Of a stretch of 64,000 nucleotides of DNA, positions 1 to 11,006 are shown piece by piece. The notes below the pieces were generated by a model, which had not been told where the DNA came from, did no database searches, and worked only from the letters and a program-made list of their open reading frames with translations. Source of the stretch: an uncultured delta proteobacterium (lineage in GTDB: Bacteria; Desulfobacterota; Desulfobacteria; Desulfobacterales; B30-G6); contig CAWGLD010000004.1 of assembly GCA_963823335.1 (NCBI GenBank), positions 160,001 to 224,000 of the forward strand. Reading direction: 5' to 3'. Each line of letters begins with the position of its first letter. Position 1 is the stretch's first letter. The position numbers were made by a program, and so were the translations under genes.

Positions 1-243
1 GCACGATTTGGTCAAATATCCCAGATTTTTTGCGCACTTCACCTTACGATTTATGTGCTTGATTCTATGTATCAGCCAGCCCTAAGTTATGGCCGGCGCA
101 TATTGACAGCGTTTAAAAAGTTCAGGTGTAATTTGAACGCAATATAAGGTACATATATGAATTGGGGAAATGGGTCAAGAAATGGGGTGTTTTAAACGTT
201 TTGAACAGGATGTTTTGGAGCTAAACCTGCCATGTCCGGCCGG

Positions 244-410
244 TGATGTATGGAATCTTAGTTCCTGACATTACAAGAAATATTGCCGATACCATCTAGT
301 TATCACCACGGTATCATGGCAGGGCTTATGAATGCAAGATTTGGCCTGTTGTGATTATAATCGCACACCGGTGAAATTTGAGGGGCCTAATAACCTTGTT
401 TTTGTTAGAG
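244..410 (+). repeat. Repeat family R1, copy A (~165 bp structured intergenic repeat)
   Basis: TATTGCCGATACCAT...GCAAGATTTGG...TGTGATTATAATCGCACACCGG...TTTGTTAGAG aligns by eye with copies at 9.2, 10.7, 15.5, 16.4/17.0, 20.3 and 21.3 kb. Confidence 0.85.
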
Positions 411-570
411 TTACCAAAGTTATTTGCAGATCAAAATTATTACAGATATGTCAACTTAAAGGAATCTTGGACATGACTTAAGAGTTGCTCTTGTTAAGAT
501 TTATTAAATTTGGAGTTAATAATAACTCACATTAAATGCCCCTTAAACAGAACAGAGCTATCCCTTATAA

Positions 571-1167
571 TTATTTCGCTATGTTGTCTCTTAAAAGTGT
601 CAGCCCTTCTTCACGGGCTTTGAGAATAGTTTTCAGGCTAACACCTTTCATCTCCTGGCGGAGGATGACAAAATCTTTCAATACTTGGCGATATATTAGA
701 TATTCATCTTTTCCCGAGATATTCGCTGCGACCTTTGAGTTGAAAAGAAAATTATCGATCGGCCCGTTTTTTCCGTTTCGATTTCCCTCGGAAAGATCGA
801 CACAATGATCCTGATAAACCAGAAAACAGTGCACCATCGGAAGGTAGGGAAGATTATATCTGTCTAGAATTTTTCCTGTCCCACTAACAATCTCTTCTGT
901 CATCGCGTAGATACCGATGTTCTTTACAATCTTTAAATTTAGTTCGGCCGCCAGGGTTCCGATGACCGCATGTTTGGTCGTGCAGCTCCCCATTTTCTCC
1001 TTAAAAAGAATCATTACGTCGTCTCGATTTGAGTTGTAGCCGTAAGGCAGTTCATACACATAGCGGCAAGCACTCTGGAAATCTTTTATCCCCAGATCCA
1101 GAAAAGTCTGTGCAATTAAGCCCGCTTTTTCTATCGGTTTGTTTGGGAAAACAGTATGTTTTTTCAT
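571..1167 (-). CDS. Hypothetical protein, possibly transglutaminase-like cysteine protease fold
   Basis: 198-aa ORF with GSCTTKH motif and a later HCFL...VD. Confidence 0.7.
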   Translation of the reverse strand: MKKHTVFPNKPIEKAGLIAQTFLDLGIKDFQSACRYVYELPYGYNSNRDDVMILFKEKMGSCTTKHAVIGTLAAELNLKIVKNIGIYAMTEEIVSGTGKILDRYNLPYLPMVHCFLVYQDHCVDLSEGNRNGKNGPIDNFLFNSKVAANISGKDEYLIYRQVLKDFVILRQEMKGVSLKTILKAREEGLTLLRDNIAK

Positions 1168-1257
1168 TTGCTAATATTGATACTCAAATAACCTTACCGA
1201 CGTTTCTTTCAAAAATGATACTGATTCTTTAATAATTTTTTAGCTGCATCCATAAAG

Positions 1258-3033
1258 TTAAGCAGGGTGATGGATAGTAAAGGTACTTCCTTTACCGAGC
1301 TCGCTCTGCACGGAAACCCTGCCGCCGTGTGCCTTGACGATATGTTTCACGATGGCCAACCCCAGGCCAGTGCCTCCCAGGGTCCGGCTTCTGGATTTGT
1401 CGACCCGGTAAAATCTTTCAAACAGTCTGGGTTGGTGTTTTAGAGAAATTCCAGAGCCATGGTCAATTACGTGGATGCGCATCTCATGATCACGAATTTC
1501 CACAGTAATATGCACGGTTTCATTTTCAGGGCTGTAGGTTACGGCATTGTCCAGCAGGTTGATCAATGCCTGTTCGAAGATAGAAGAATCGACTTGAATT
1601 GGGGTGTCTGGTTCACAGGCAATATCAAACGATATATTTTTTTTCTCAGCTTTCAACTGGACCACATGGATGGCGTTTTCAATGAGGCGCTTCAAACCCC
1701 TTTTTTCGATCTTGATTTGTTCTATATTGTCAAATTGCTCAAGTCTGGACAGCATTAACAGGTCTTCAATAATGGCGTTCAACCGATCCACCTGGCGCAT
1801 GATGATCACAAAGAATTTTTCAGTATCAGCCGAAGGTTGGGGCATGTTTTCATGCAGGGTTTCAACAAATCCTTTGATGGCGGTCAGCGGTGTTTTTAAC
1901 TCGTGGGACACATTGGCCACAAAATCTTTACGAACGTTTTCAAGATGACGGATCTTGGTGACGTCGTTGAGAACCAGAAGGGATCCGATGCGAAGGTTTT
2001 TCGCGTCCTTCAGCGGTGCGCTGCGGATATTGATAAGTGTTGTATGGTTGCCTTCCAGAATCTCAAAGTCTTTATCTTCCATCTCTTTGCCGGCGAGCGA
2101 ATCGGATACATATTCAAGAAATTCCGGTATTCGCAGGGTTTCCTGGATGGTCCGTCCCTTGGCTATTGCGGTATCGATTTTCAGCATATCCAGCGCCGCC
2201 TGGTTGATGCTCAGCAAACGCTCGTCGCTGTCCACGGCGATAACCCCTTCTTTCATGCTCGACAAAACCGCTTCATATTCGTTGCGCTGGCTGATAACAG
2301 TTTTGATCCGTTCTTGCAGTTGGCCCGCCATCTGATTCATGGCTTCTGCCAAGCTGGCAAGTTCCGATGAAACAGGAGTGGGAAGTCTGAGGTCCAACTC
2401 GCCTTTTGCGAAACGTTCGGCGCCTTTCTTCATTTGTTCGATAGGCTGGGTAATTCTTCTGGCGATGAACAGCGTCACGATTGAAGACAAAAATGCAATA
2501 ATCAGGCCGCCGAAAATAATTTTCAGCTGAATCGATTTCAGCTTTTTGTCGATGGCGGTAACCGGGATGGATGTCCGCAGGATGCCGATGAGCCTTCCGG
2601 CAGGGTCTTTCAGTTGAATGGCTTCATACATCAGGGTTTGACCGAGCGTGCCGCTGTATCTTAGCGAAGTTCCCATACCGTCATGTATCGCCTGCATGAC
2701 CTCTGGCCGATCGATGTGGCTGTCCATTTGGCTTGGATTTTTTTCGGAATCGCCGACAACCCGTCCATCGGGAAGGATAACGGTAATGCGTGTTGAGGCC
2801 TCGATTCCGAATTCTTTGCATAAATAATCGACGCTCTCAAACTCCCTGCTTATGAGGATTTTTGTAATTTGCGGCTTCAACAGCAGGCTTTGGTTTTGAA
2901 GATCGAACTGGGTTCTTTGGAGAAAAAAAGTTCGGGAGGTACTGGATGTGTACCACGCAAGTGAAAAAATGGCAACCAGGGTGGTAATGAGAAACCAGGG
3001 ATAAAAATGCCAGATGAGTCTGCGATGGATCAT
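1258..3033 (-). CDS. phoR: Phosphate regulon sensor histidine kinase (HAMP-PAS-HisKA-HATPase)
   Basis: [14 protein letters not shown]-box, NLLDNA N-box, [11 protein letters not shown]2; overlaps phoB. Confidence 0.9.
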   Translation of the reverse strand: MIHRRLIWHFYPWFLITTLVAIFSLAWYTSSTSRTFFLQRTQFDLQNQSLLLKPQITKILISREFESVDYLCKEFGIEASTRITVILPDGRVVGDSEKNPSQMDSHIDRPEVMQAIHDGMGTSLRYSGTLGQTLMYEAIQLKDPAGRLIGILRTSIPVTAIDKKLKSIQLKIIFGGLIIAFLSSIVTLFIARRITQPIEQMKKGAERFAKGELDLRLPTPVSSELASLAEAMNQMAGQLQERIKTVISQRNEYEAVLSSMKEGVIAVDSDERLLSINQAALDMLKIDTAIAKGRTIQETLRIPEFLEYVSDSLAGKEMEDKDFEILEGNHTTLINIRSAPLKDAKNLRIGSLLVLNDVTKIRHLENVRKDFVANVSHELKTPLTAIKGFVETLHENMPQPSADTEKFFVIIMRQVDRLNAIIEDLLMLSRLEQFDNIEQIKIEKRGLKRLIENAIHVVQLKAEKKNISFDIACEPDTPIQVDSSIFEQALINLLDNAVTYSPENETVHITVEIRDHEMRIHVIDHGSGISLKHQPRLFERFYRVDKSRSRTLGGTGLGLAIVKHIVKAHGGRVSVQSELGKGSTFTIHHPA

Positions 3034-3725
3034 GATGTTTTCTCTTTGAATCGATAGCCGACACCACGCACCGTTTCAATATAATGGGCAAAGGTGTCAA
3101 ATTTTTTTCTAAGACCGACGATTTGAACATCTACGCTCCGGTCGGTGACCGGATAATCGTCACCCTTTACGGCATCCACGATTTGCGATCTCGTAAAGAC
3201 CCAGCCTGGCCGTCTGGCCAGAAAATAGAGAATTTGAAACTCGGAAAGAGTCAAGTCAATGGATTTGCTGCCTGCCAGAACGTGATGCCGGCGGGGATCG
3301 ATGGTCAACTGGTGAATGTGAATGATCTTTTCAGGGTTTTCTTCTTCGGCCGTTTGTCTGCGAAGCACGGACTTCACTCTTGCCATGAGGATCCGGAGGC
3401 TGAAGGGCTTGGTGACATAATCATCCGCACCCAGTTCCAGCCCGATGACAATATCCGCTTCCTCGCCCTTGGCTGTCAGCATGATGATGGGTATATGCGA
3501 GGTCTTCTGATGCTGTTTCAACCGCCTTGCCACTTCCAGGCCATCGATGCCGGGGAGCATGAGATCGAGGATCATGAGCTCTATGTTTTCGTTTTTTGCT
3601 TTTTCCAGCGCTTTCTCGCCGGAAATCGCGCAGATGACCTGGTACCCTTCCCTTGCGAGATTGTACCGGACCAGTTCTAAAATATCTTCTTCATCATCAA
3701 CGACCAGAATGGTTTCTTTTGCCAT
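3030..3725 (-). CDS. phoB: OmpR/PhoB-family response regulator
   Basis: Receiver domain (VVDDE, LDLMLP, GADDYVTKPF) plus wHTH ETVRGVGY; in pst operon. Confidence 0.9.
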   Translation of the reverse strand: MAKETILVVDDEEDILELVRYNLAREGYQVICAISGEKALEKAKNENIELMILDLMLPGIDGLEVARRLKQHQKTSHIPIIMLTAKGEEADIVIGLELGADDYVTKPFSLRILMARVKSVLRRQTAEEENPEKIIHIHQLTIDPRRHHVLAGSKSIDLTLSEFQILYFLARRPGWVFTRSQIVDAVKGDDYPVTDRSVDVQIVGLRKKFDTFAHYIETVRGVGYRFKEKTS

Positions 3726-3753
3726 GGGCTGCCTTTTTAAAAATCAGATTTTG

Positions 3754-4413
3754 TTACTCCAGGACACCGTGTCGGACAATATCACCTTCGATCAGGTATA
3801 TGACCTCTTCGGCAATGTTGGTGGAATGATCCGCCAGTCGCTCCACATGGCGGGAAATCAGCAGCAGGTTGATGTAATAACCCAAATGATTCGGATCGCT
3901 TTTCATGGCCTGCTTGATCCTGTCGTAAGCCAGATCTTTTAATTCATCCACTTCATCATCCATTGTGCAGACCTTTAACGCAAGGTCAATATCCAGGTTC
4001 ACCAGGGAATCAAGACTCATTTTGAGCATCACCTGAGCTTTTTCCGACATGACCGAATAATCAAATACAACATTTTCAATATCCTGTTTAGCGATGGTGA
4101 GGACCCGCTGGGCAATATTTACGGCCTGGTCGCCGATCCTTTCCAGATCATTGTTTATTTTAATTACGGCGATCAGAAATCGAAGATCCACCGCTACCGG
4201 TTGATGCAGTGCGAGCACTTTGAGACATTCTTCCTCCACTTCGACTTCCATTTCATCAATTTCAAAGTCGTTCTTGATAATTTTTTCCGCCAGGGCCGCA
4301 TTTTTTTCATCGACGGCCGTTCGGGCCATCTGAACCCGTTCTTCCACCAGCGCGCCAAGAGCGAGTATCCTTTGTTTTATCTTTTCCAGTTCTCTATGAA
4401 AATGTTTTGTCAT
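3754..4413 (-). CDS. phoU: Phosphate signalling protein PhoU
   Basis: QPVAVDLR, DLERIGDQAVNIA and ERLADHSTNIAE repeats. Confidence 0.95.
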   Translation of the reverse strand: MTKHFHRELEKIKQRILALGALVEERVQMARTAVDEKNAALAEKIIKNDFEIDEMEVEVEEECLKVLALHQPVAVDLRFLIAVIKINNDLERIGDQAVNIAQRVLTIAKQDIENVVFDYSVMSEKAQVMLKMSLDSLVNLDIDLALKVCTMDDEVDELKDLAYDRIKQAMKSDPNHLGYYINLLLISRHVERLADHSTNIAEEVIYLIEGDIVRHGVLE

Positions 4414-4459
4414 GGCTTTTCCTCAAAAACCGTTTATTGTTATGTCCGATTCGAACGGG

Positions 4460-5245
4460 TTAGCCGAACCGTCCCGTAATATAATCTTCCGTCTGTTTCA
4501 GCCTGGGTCTTGTGAATAGTGTGTCTGTTTTATCCACCTCAATAAGTTTCCCGATGTAAAAAAATGCGGTACTATCGGAGACCCTGGCTGCCTGCTGCAT
4601 GTTGTGGGTTACAATAATAATGGTATAACTTTTTTTGAGTTCATGAATTAGTTCTTCAATCTTCTGGGTGGCTATCGGGTCCAAGGCGGAGCAGGGTTCG
4701 TCCATCAGCACGACTTCAGGTTGTATGGCCAGCGCGCGGGCCATGCACAAGCGTTGCTGCTGGCCGCCGGAGAGCCCAAGAGCGGATTCATGAAGCCTGT
4801 CTTTGACCTCATCCCACAGGGCAGCTTGTTTCAAGCTTTCTTCCACACGTGCTTCAACAAGGGCTTTGTTTTTAACACCGTTTACCAAAAGACCGTAGGC
4901 CACATTTTCAAATGTAGTTTTCGGAAACGGATTCGGTTTTTGGAACACCATGCCCACCCGCTTTCTCAATAATACGACATCCAGACCGGCCGCGTAGATA
5001 TCTTCACTTTCCAGTCGGATATTGCCCTCCACACGGGTTGCGGGAATCAAATCATTCATCCGGTTAAGACACCGCAAAAATGTGCTCTTCCCACAGCCGG
5101 AAGGTCCGATGAGCGCAGTTACCTCGCATTCATTAAAGTATAGATCAACGTCATAGAGCGCCTGTGAAGCACCATAATAGAAATTCAGGTTTTCCACGGA
5201 CATTTTAGGTTTTTTCTTTTTCATGTTGTTGGATTCCATTTTCAT
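4460..5245 (-). CDS. pstB: Phosphate ABC transporter ATPase
   Basis: [40 protein letters not shown]. Confidence 0.97.
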   Translation of the reverse strand: MKMESNNMKKKKPKMSVENLNFYYGASQALYDVDLYFNECEVTALIGPSGCGKSTFLRCLNRMNDLIPATRVEGNIRLESEDIYAAGLDVVLLRKRVGMVFQKPNPFPKTTFENVAYGLLVNGVKNKALVEARVEESLKQAALWDEVKDRLHESALGLSGGQQQRLCMARALAIQPEVVLMDEPCSALDPIATQKIEELIHELKKSYTIIIVTHNMQQAARVSDSTAFFYIGKLIEVDKTDTLFTRPRLKQTEDYITGRFG

Positions 5246-6210
5246 TACTGTCTCAATCGTTTCCGAAGATATGAGCGATAGATGATTGCAATCAGGTTCA
5301 TTCCCAGAACCAGGGCGATCAAAACAAGGGCGGTGCCGTATTGAAGGTGGCGTGTTTTTTCAATTTCAGTGCCGGCCGTTGCCAGTACATAAATATGATA
5401 GGGCAGGGCCATGACTTCGTCAAAGATGGATTTCGGCAGATGGGGCGTAAAGAAAACCGCGCCGGTAAACATAATGGGCGCTGTTTCACCGGCGGCGCGG
5501 CTAAGACCCAGTATCGTACCGGTGAGAATGCCCGGCATGGCAGAAGGCAACACCACCCGCCAGATGGTCTGCCATTTGGTGGCGCCGAGGCCCAAAGAGG
5601 CTTCTCTGTATGTATCCGGAACCGACTTCAATGCTTCTTCGGTTGAGCCGATGATGACCGGCAAAGACATGACGCCCAATGTCAATCCGCCGGCGAGGAT
5701 GCTGACGCCCATGTTTAAAATTACCACAAAAAAGGCCAGCCCGAACAGACCGAAGACCACAGAGGGAACACCTGCCAGGCTGCTGATGCCCAGCCGAATA
5801 ATGCGGATATATTTTCCCCGGCCGGCGTACTCGTTTAAAAAAATGGCCGATGCAACGCCGATAGGCAGCGCAACAATGATGGCGCAGATGCTGAGAGAAA
5901 GAGTGCCGACAATACAGGGGAGGATACCTCCCTGGGTCATGGAATCCGTGGGTGGCTGCGATAAAAAAGTCCAGTTGATGGCACGCCAGCCATTGATCAC
6001 CATGAAATAGAGAATAATGAACAATGCGATGCCATTGACAAAGGAGGCTGTCCGAAAAATCGAAAATGACAGAAATTGCGTGAGATTCTTGCGCCGGTGA
6101 TAGGTTGAATCCATGATCAGATCTTTGGCCAACCCCTTCTTTGGGTTTTCTTCTGATCGCTTGTTTTGAGAATTTTTAATATGCAAGGCTTGACTGGTAT
6201 CCATCTTCAT
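5245..6210 (-). CDS. pstA: Phosphate ABC transporter permease PstA (start uncertain: 6210 or 6114)
   Basis: [34 protein letters not shown]. Confidence 0.92.
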   Translation of the reverse strand: MKMDTSQALHIKNSQNKRSEENPKKGLAKDLIMDSTYHRRKNLTQFLSFSIFRTASFVNGIALFIILYFMVINGWRAINWTFLSQPPTDSMTQGGILPCIVGTLSLSICAIIVALPIGVASAIFLNEYAGRGKYIRIIRLGISSLAGVPSVVFGLFGLAFFVVILNMGVSILAGGLTLGVMSLPVIIGSTEEALKSVPDTYREASLGLGATKWQTIWRVVLPSAMPGILTGTILGLSRAAGETAPIMFTGAVFFTPHLPKSIFDEVMALPYHIYVLATAGTEIEKTRHLQYGTALVLIALVLGMNLIAIIYRSYLRKRLRQ

Positions 6211-6250
6211 TTTGGTGCACGCGCATCCTTCATGCGTATAAACGTCGAAT

Positions 6251-7147
6251 TTAAAGCGAGGCTTCACCCACCCGCCGATATTTTGTGGCAATATGGTCGG
6301 CAATAATATTGAAAATCAGTGTAAAGATAAACAATACAATGCCGGTAGCAAAGAGTGCATAATAATGATCACTGCCCACCGGTGCTTCCGCCATCTCAGA
6401 TGCAATGCTCGCAGGCATGGGTCTTACCGGATCGAAAATGGATTCCGGTATCATTGCGGCACCGCCTGCCACCATGAGCACCACCATGGTTTCACCGATG
6501 GCTCTTGAAAGGCCGAGAATGATGGCTGTACTGATGCCTGAAATGGATGCGGGCAATATGACCCGGATGATGGTCTGCAGGTGCGATGCGCCCAGGGCAA
6601 CGGAGGCCTCTTTTAAGGCAGCGGGCACGCTGTGGATGGCGTCTTCGGATATGCTGCAAATGGTCGGAATCGACATGAACGCCAGCATGATGGACGCGTT
6701 GAACAGGTTCAATCCTGTGGGAATGTCGAATACACGTTGGAGAAATGGCGCCACCAAGACCATGCCGAAAAACCCGATGACCACCGAAGGCAGCGCTGCC
6801 AAGAGTTCCACCATTGGTTTGACGATTTCGCTTACCCGGTCCGAAGCGATTTCAGCAATATAAATCGCCGTCATGACCCCCAGGGGGATGGAAATCAAGC
6901 CGGAAATAAAAGTGACCAACAGGGATGCGACAATCAGAGAGAGAATACCGAAATCAGCGGGATCGGATGTCGGGTACCAGTATTTTCCGAAAACGAACTC
7001 CTTGACAGAAACGGTCTTGAATATGGGCAGCCCTTCCTTGAAGAGAAACAGGGTGATCAACAAGAGAACGGTCAAAGACGTCAGAGCCACCATGAAAAAC
7101 AGGGTGTGCATAGATCGTTCGGTAATAATCCGCTTGTTTTGTTTCAT
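6251..7147 (-). CDS. pstC: Phosphate ABC transporter permease PstC
   Basis: ELLAALPSVVIGFFG, RAIGETMVVLMV. Confidence 0.95.
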   Translation of the reverse strand: MKQNKRIITERSMHTLFFMVALTSLTVLLLITLFLFKEGLPIFKTVSVKEFVFGKYWYPTSDPADFGILSLIVASLLVTFISGLISIPLGVMTAIYIAEIASDRVSEIVKPMVELLAALPSVVIGFFGMVLVAPFLQRVFDIPTGLNLFNASIMLAFMSIPTICSISEDAIHSVPAALKEASVALGASHLQTIIRVILPASISGISTAIILGLSRAIGETMVVLMVAGGAAMIPESIFDPVRPMPASIASEMAEAPVGSDHYYALFATGIVLFIFTLIFNIIADHIATKYRRVGEASL

Positions 7148-7250
7148 AAGGAAAGGACCGGGTGCTTTCTTAATTTCGATCTAAATCCGCTCTGCGGGCG
7201 GATGTTCAGTTGATGGGGCCCAGACCCTGATGGGCCGGGGTCCCGTTATG

Positions 7251-8069
7251 TTAATACAGCGGTACATAGCCACTGTCTGCTACGTGTTTCTGGCCTTTTT
7301 CAGGATTCAGCATGTAATTGATGAAGTTCAAGGTGTCGCCTTCGGGCCAGCCGTTGGTGAACATGAAAAGGGGCCTGCTGATGGGAAACGTACCGTTGAG
7401 AGTGGTCTCGTTGGTGCCCTGGACGCCATTGACCGTCAGCACTTTGACGCTGCTGTTCACATAGCCGATGCCGATGTAGCCGATGGCATACTTGTTGTTG
7501 GATACGGCCTGCACGATGGCGCCGTTGGAAGCCATGATCTGGGCCCTGGGAGTGACGCGCTCGCCTTTCAAGACTTTCCCTTCCCATGTTTCATACGTTC
7601 CGGAAGATGTATCGCGTGAGCATACAACAATTTTGAGATCCGGTCCACCCAGTTCTTTAAAATTGGTGATGTCGCCCTTGTAGATGGCTTTGAGCTGATC
7701 CAGGGTAATGTCGATCAGGGAATTGCTGGGATGAACCACCGGAATAATCGAGTCGTAGGCGACGGCGTAAGGTACCGGATAGACACCTTTCCCAACGGCC
7801 ATGGTGACTTCTTTATCCTTGATAAAACGGGATGCATTGGCGATGTCCGTGGAGCCGTCGATAATGGCCTTGATGCCGTTGCTGGAACCACCCCCGGACA
7901 GCGAAATGCTCACACCCGGGTTGGCTTTCATGTAGGCTTCCACTGCCTTTTGGGCAATGGGCAGCACGGTGGTCGATCCCTTTATGACCAAATTGCCTGC
8001 AAAAGCACCGTTTGCAAAGATCAATCCCAACGCGCCGATCATAATCATGACTGTTAACTGTTTCTTCAT
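7251..8069 (-). CDS. pstS: Phosphate ABC transporter substrate-binding protein
   Basis: IKGSTTVLP, GGGSSNG, RDTSSGT, FPISRPLF; GGAGGA RBS before ATG at 8069; signal peptide. Confidence 0.93.
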   Translation of the reverse strand: MKKQLTVMIMIGALGLIFANGAFAGNLVIKGSTTVLPIAQKAVEAYMKANPGVSISLSGGGSSNGIKAIIDGSTDIANASRFIKDKEVTMAVGKGVYPVPYAVAYDSIIPVVHPSNSLIDITLDQLKAIYKGDITNFKELGGPDLKIVVCSRDTSSGTYETWEGKVLKGERVTPRAQIMASNGAIVQAVSNNKYAIGYIGIGYVNSSVKVLTVNGVQGTNETTLNGTFPISRPLFMFTNGWPEGDTLNFINYMLNPEKGQKHVADSGYVPLY

Positions 8070-8174
8070 TTCTTTCCTCCATTTTGTAATGAATTTATAT
8101 TGAAAAATTGACCTAAATAAGAACAACAAGCAAACATAGTCGTTTAATAACAGTTGGAGGAAAATAGCATGGGA

Positions 8175-8218
8175 TTGTTAGAATTTTGTTAGGACTCGGT
8201 TAATTTTTGATTAATATT
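8175..8218 (-). promoter_or_regulatory. Putative Pho-box array (four direct repeats at 11-bp period) upstream of pstS
   Basis: + strand TTGTTA (8175), TTGTTA (8186), CGGTTA (8197), TGATTA (8208), i.e. TAACA-like half-sites every 11 nt on the - strand. Confidence 0.7.
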
Positions 8219-8420
8219 ATCGTTTCACATACTTTTGATTAAGGAAATAAACATTGAATTCCCTTAAACCTACAAAAATGACCAAGTCACCACCGAACCA
8301 GCACCATCAGTGACACAAGATTTACTTTATGAAGTCATGGAATGCGAATTTTTTCAGACAAAGAACTTTAAAGAGGGGGCAGATTGTGAGGATATCACAA
8401 CATCCATCAAAGTGGTGAGC

Positions 8421-8456
8421 GGAGAATATTCCCAGTTAGGCCGATCTGCAGATATC
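8421..8456 (+). repeat. Repeat family R2, copy 1 (36 bp)
   Basis: GGAGAATATTCCCAGTTAGGCCGATCTGCAGATATC; 34/36 identical to 19219-19254. Confidence 0.8.
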
Positions 8457-8556
8457 TATTAGGTGTTTTATCCATAGTTCCGCCGCAGACGTATAACCAA
8501 GTTAAAACCTTTGTTGGTATCTTATCAAGTGAAGAGTTGATTTCTATGTGTCCCCA

Positions 8557-9126
8557 TTATTCCACGTAACCGCTACCAATAGCAGAAAAGGGGAGATCCA
8601 GGTCCAGTTCCGGTACCTGTTTGGCGATCCAAGCGATAAAGGTATTGCTGTTGGGCCCTGGAAAGGCTTTGTAGGTTGTTTTCCATGGGTAAGCATAGGC
8701 TGCCTTTTCTATGGCAGAAATCAGTTCGTCGACCCCCTTTCCCCTATGCTCTTTTAGAACCCGGGGCTTCTCGCCGTACCAGTAGCGGTCGGGTACGTCC
8801 TGGGTAATCCTAATAACCGGCTGGCCACGATTGCCACGCCAACCAACCACATCGTACACAGTATAAGACGTTTCTCCGGTACGCTTGGCGGCGATCCAGG
8901 TATGAATTGCAAACCAGCCGCGCCAACCCCAAGCATCGGCACCATAGACATAAAGGATTGCCTCATTTGTGGTGGAAGGGTCAGGTGCAATCCCGGCAGA
9001 TTCGCGACTGGCGTTACGCCAATCTTTATCAGCACAACCATTCGACAAAATCAACATAATCAGAACAAATGCTGATATTAGTTTTACGTTTTCCACAATT
9101 TGATACTTCACGACATCATCGCACAA
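8557..9126 (-). CDS. DUF3750-family protein (putative lipoprotein)
   Basis: WRNASRESAGIAPDP, GWRGWFAIHTWIA, YKAFPGPNSNTF. Confidence 0.8.
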   Translation of the reverse strand: MCDDVVKYQIVENVKLISAFVLIMLILSNGCADKDWRNASRESAGIAPDPSTTNEAILYVYGADAWGWRGWFAIHTWIAAKRTGETSYTVYDVVGWRGNRGQPVIRITQDVPDRYWYGEKPRVLKEHRGKGVDELISAIEKAAYAYPWKTTYKAFPGPNSNTFIAWIAKQVPELDLDLPFSAIGSGYVE

Positions 9127-9238
9127 ATTAAAAGGACATTTCAGAAAGCAATATATTGGGAACCATCAATACCACAACTTATTCGTCCAAACAATTTTCA
9201 GATATGATATCCATTTGCCCGGTATAACCTAACTTGAG

Positions 9239-9405
9239 GTATATGGAGATAAGTCCAGTTATCAAGTTCAACGGCAATATTACCGATACCATATGGTAAT
9301 GCACACGGTAGCATGGCAGATACTATGACTGCAAGATTTGGTCGATTGTAATAATTTTCGCACACCGGTAATATTTTAGAGGGTTGATATCTACCTTTTT
9401 GTTGG
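9239..9405 (+). repeat. Repeat family R1, copy B
   Basis: TATTACCGATACCAT...GCAAGATTTGGTCGATTGT...TTTCGCACACCGGTAA...GATATCTACC...GTTGG. Confidence 0.9.
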
Positions 9406-9536
9406 TATCAAAGGAATCTTTGGCAGTTGATTTTAAGTGATAATTCGACCTTATCTCAACGTTAGCGACTGCACTACAAAAATCTAACTATATTCAAGAT
9501 GTCCCTTAGAATCTGAATAACGCCCGGCAGATACGG

Positions 9537-10565
9537 TCAAGCGTCTTCTGGCGGTTCCGGAAAACGGTTCGTGGATTGGGTTTTGATCATCCAGCCGGGA
9601 TATTCTGCGGGCAGTTCGCTGACCTTTTGCAAGCGATCCAAGTCAGCGTCGGACAACGTCACATCCGATGCGGCGAGGTTGTCCGCCAACTGTTCCGTGG
9701 TTTTGGCACCGATGATCACGCTGGTGACCACCGGCTGGTGCAGCAGCCATGCCAAGGCGATCCGGGCCACGGACACATTCTTTTCGCGAGCGATTTCTCG
9801 CATCACATCGACGGTGTTAAAGGCGCGTTCCCTATTCACCGGTGGAAAATCGAAATCAACACGACGGGTACCTGCCGGGCCCTTTCCTTCGCGATCGAAT
9901 TTTCCGGACAGCAGGCCGCCGGCCAGGGGGCTCCAGACCATCAGGCCCAGGTTCTGATCCTGCAAGACCGGCACGATATCCCTCTCGAGATCCCGGCCGG
10001 CGATGGTGTAGTAGGCTTGCAAGCTCTCAAAGCGGTAAAGGTTGTATTTGTCGGAGAGCCACAGTGATTTCATCAATTGCCAGGCGGCCAGATTGGAACA
10101 GCCGATGTAGCGGACCTTTCCCGCATGCACCAGGTCGTCCAGGGCCCGAAGGGTCTGTTCCATGGGGGTGACGGCGTCGAACCCGTGAATCTGATACAGG
10201 TCGATGTAATCGGTCCCCAACCGGGTCAGGCTGTCTTCAACCGCCTGCATGATATGACTGCGTGACAGACCGGTTTGGTTGGGTCCGGGCCCCATGCGGC
10301 CGAATACTTTCGTTGCCAGCACCACATCTTTGCGGCGATTTCCCAGGGCTTTGCCCAGCATCTTCTCGGATTCTCCTTCGGAGTACACATCGGCCGTATC
10401 GATAAAGTTGACCCCCGCTTCGAGCACACTGCCGACAAGGTTGTCCGCTGCATCCTGGGTCAGTTGACCGATCGCACTCCAGAATCCTCTGCCGCCGAAT
10501 GTCATGGTTCCAAAACACAATTCCGAGACGAGCAATCCGGTTCTTCCAAGTTGTTTGTATTTCAT
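9537..10565 (-). CDS. Aldo/keto reductase
   Basis: LGRTGLLVSELCFGTMTFG, DTADVY, ATK, IDLYQIHG, WSPLAGG. Confidence 0.95.
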   Translation of the reverse strand: MKYKQLGRTGLLVSELCFGTMTFGGRGFWSAIGQLTQDAADNLVGSVLEAGVNFIDTADVYSEGESEKMLGKALGNRRKDVVLATKVFGRMGPGPNQTGLSRSHIMQAVEDSLTRLGTDYIDLYQIHGFDAVTPMEQTLRALDDLVHAGKVRYIGCSNLAAWQLMKSLWLSDKYNLYRFESLQAYYTIAGRDLERDIVPVLQDQNLGLMVWSPLAGGLLSGKFDREGKGPAGTRRVDFDFPPVNRERAFNTVDVMREIAREKNVSVARIALAWLLHQPVVTSVIIGAKTTEQLADNLAASDVTLSDADLDRLQKVSELPAEYPGWMIKTQSTNRFPEPPEDA

Positions 10566-10708
10566 CTTTAATGTCCTTCCATGTTCCTATGTGCTGCACA
10601 AAACAGGTGCATCCGTGATCCTAATTCGGCAATGACCTATAATAATCCCTATCTAAGCTTTTTAAATAGAACCTATCGCAAAAATGCATCATACAGGATC
10701 GTCGAACG

Positions 10709-10876
10709 TGATATATGGAATCGTGCGTTTTTGAATTTATCGAAATTTTACCGATACCATATGTTCATCACCACGGTACCATGTAAGGGCTTATGAATGC
10801 AAGATTTGGTCGATTGTGATTATTTTCGCACATCGGTAAATTTTTCAGGCACCTGATATCTACCGTCTTGTTGGAG
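10709..10876 (+). repeat. Repeat family R1, copy C
   Basis: TTTTACCGATACCAT...CCACGGTACCATG...TGTGATTATTTTCGCACATCGGTAAA...TCAGGCACCTGATATCTACCG...GTTGGAG. Confidence 0.9.
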
Positions 10877-10877
10877 C

Positions 10878-10928
10878 GTTGTGGAGGCTCCGCGAGCTAC
10901 ACCCTACGGGCTCGCTCGCCTCCACAAC
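10878..10928. repeat. 51-bp hairpin/REP-like element abutting R1 copy C
   Basis: GTTGTGGAGGC...GCCTCCACAAC, 11-bp perfect inverted repeat. Confidence 0.65.
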
Positions 10929-11006
10929 ACCTACCTATAGGAAAGGTACCAGCTATCACAGGTAGGGGAAAAGCTGCTTATAGATAGGCGCTTTGGTTCT
11001 GGTTAT

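Noticed and set aside
10793-10795. Shared in-frame TGA in R1 as a selenocysteine codon
   Set aside because: Alternates with TCA rather than Cys codons; no start codon or intact ORF
10878-10928. Hairpin as an attC site
   Set aside because: GTT and AAC are in the wrong order on both strands; single copy
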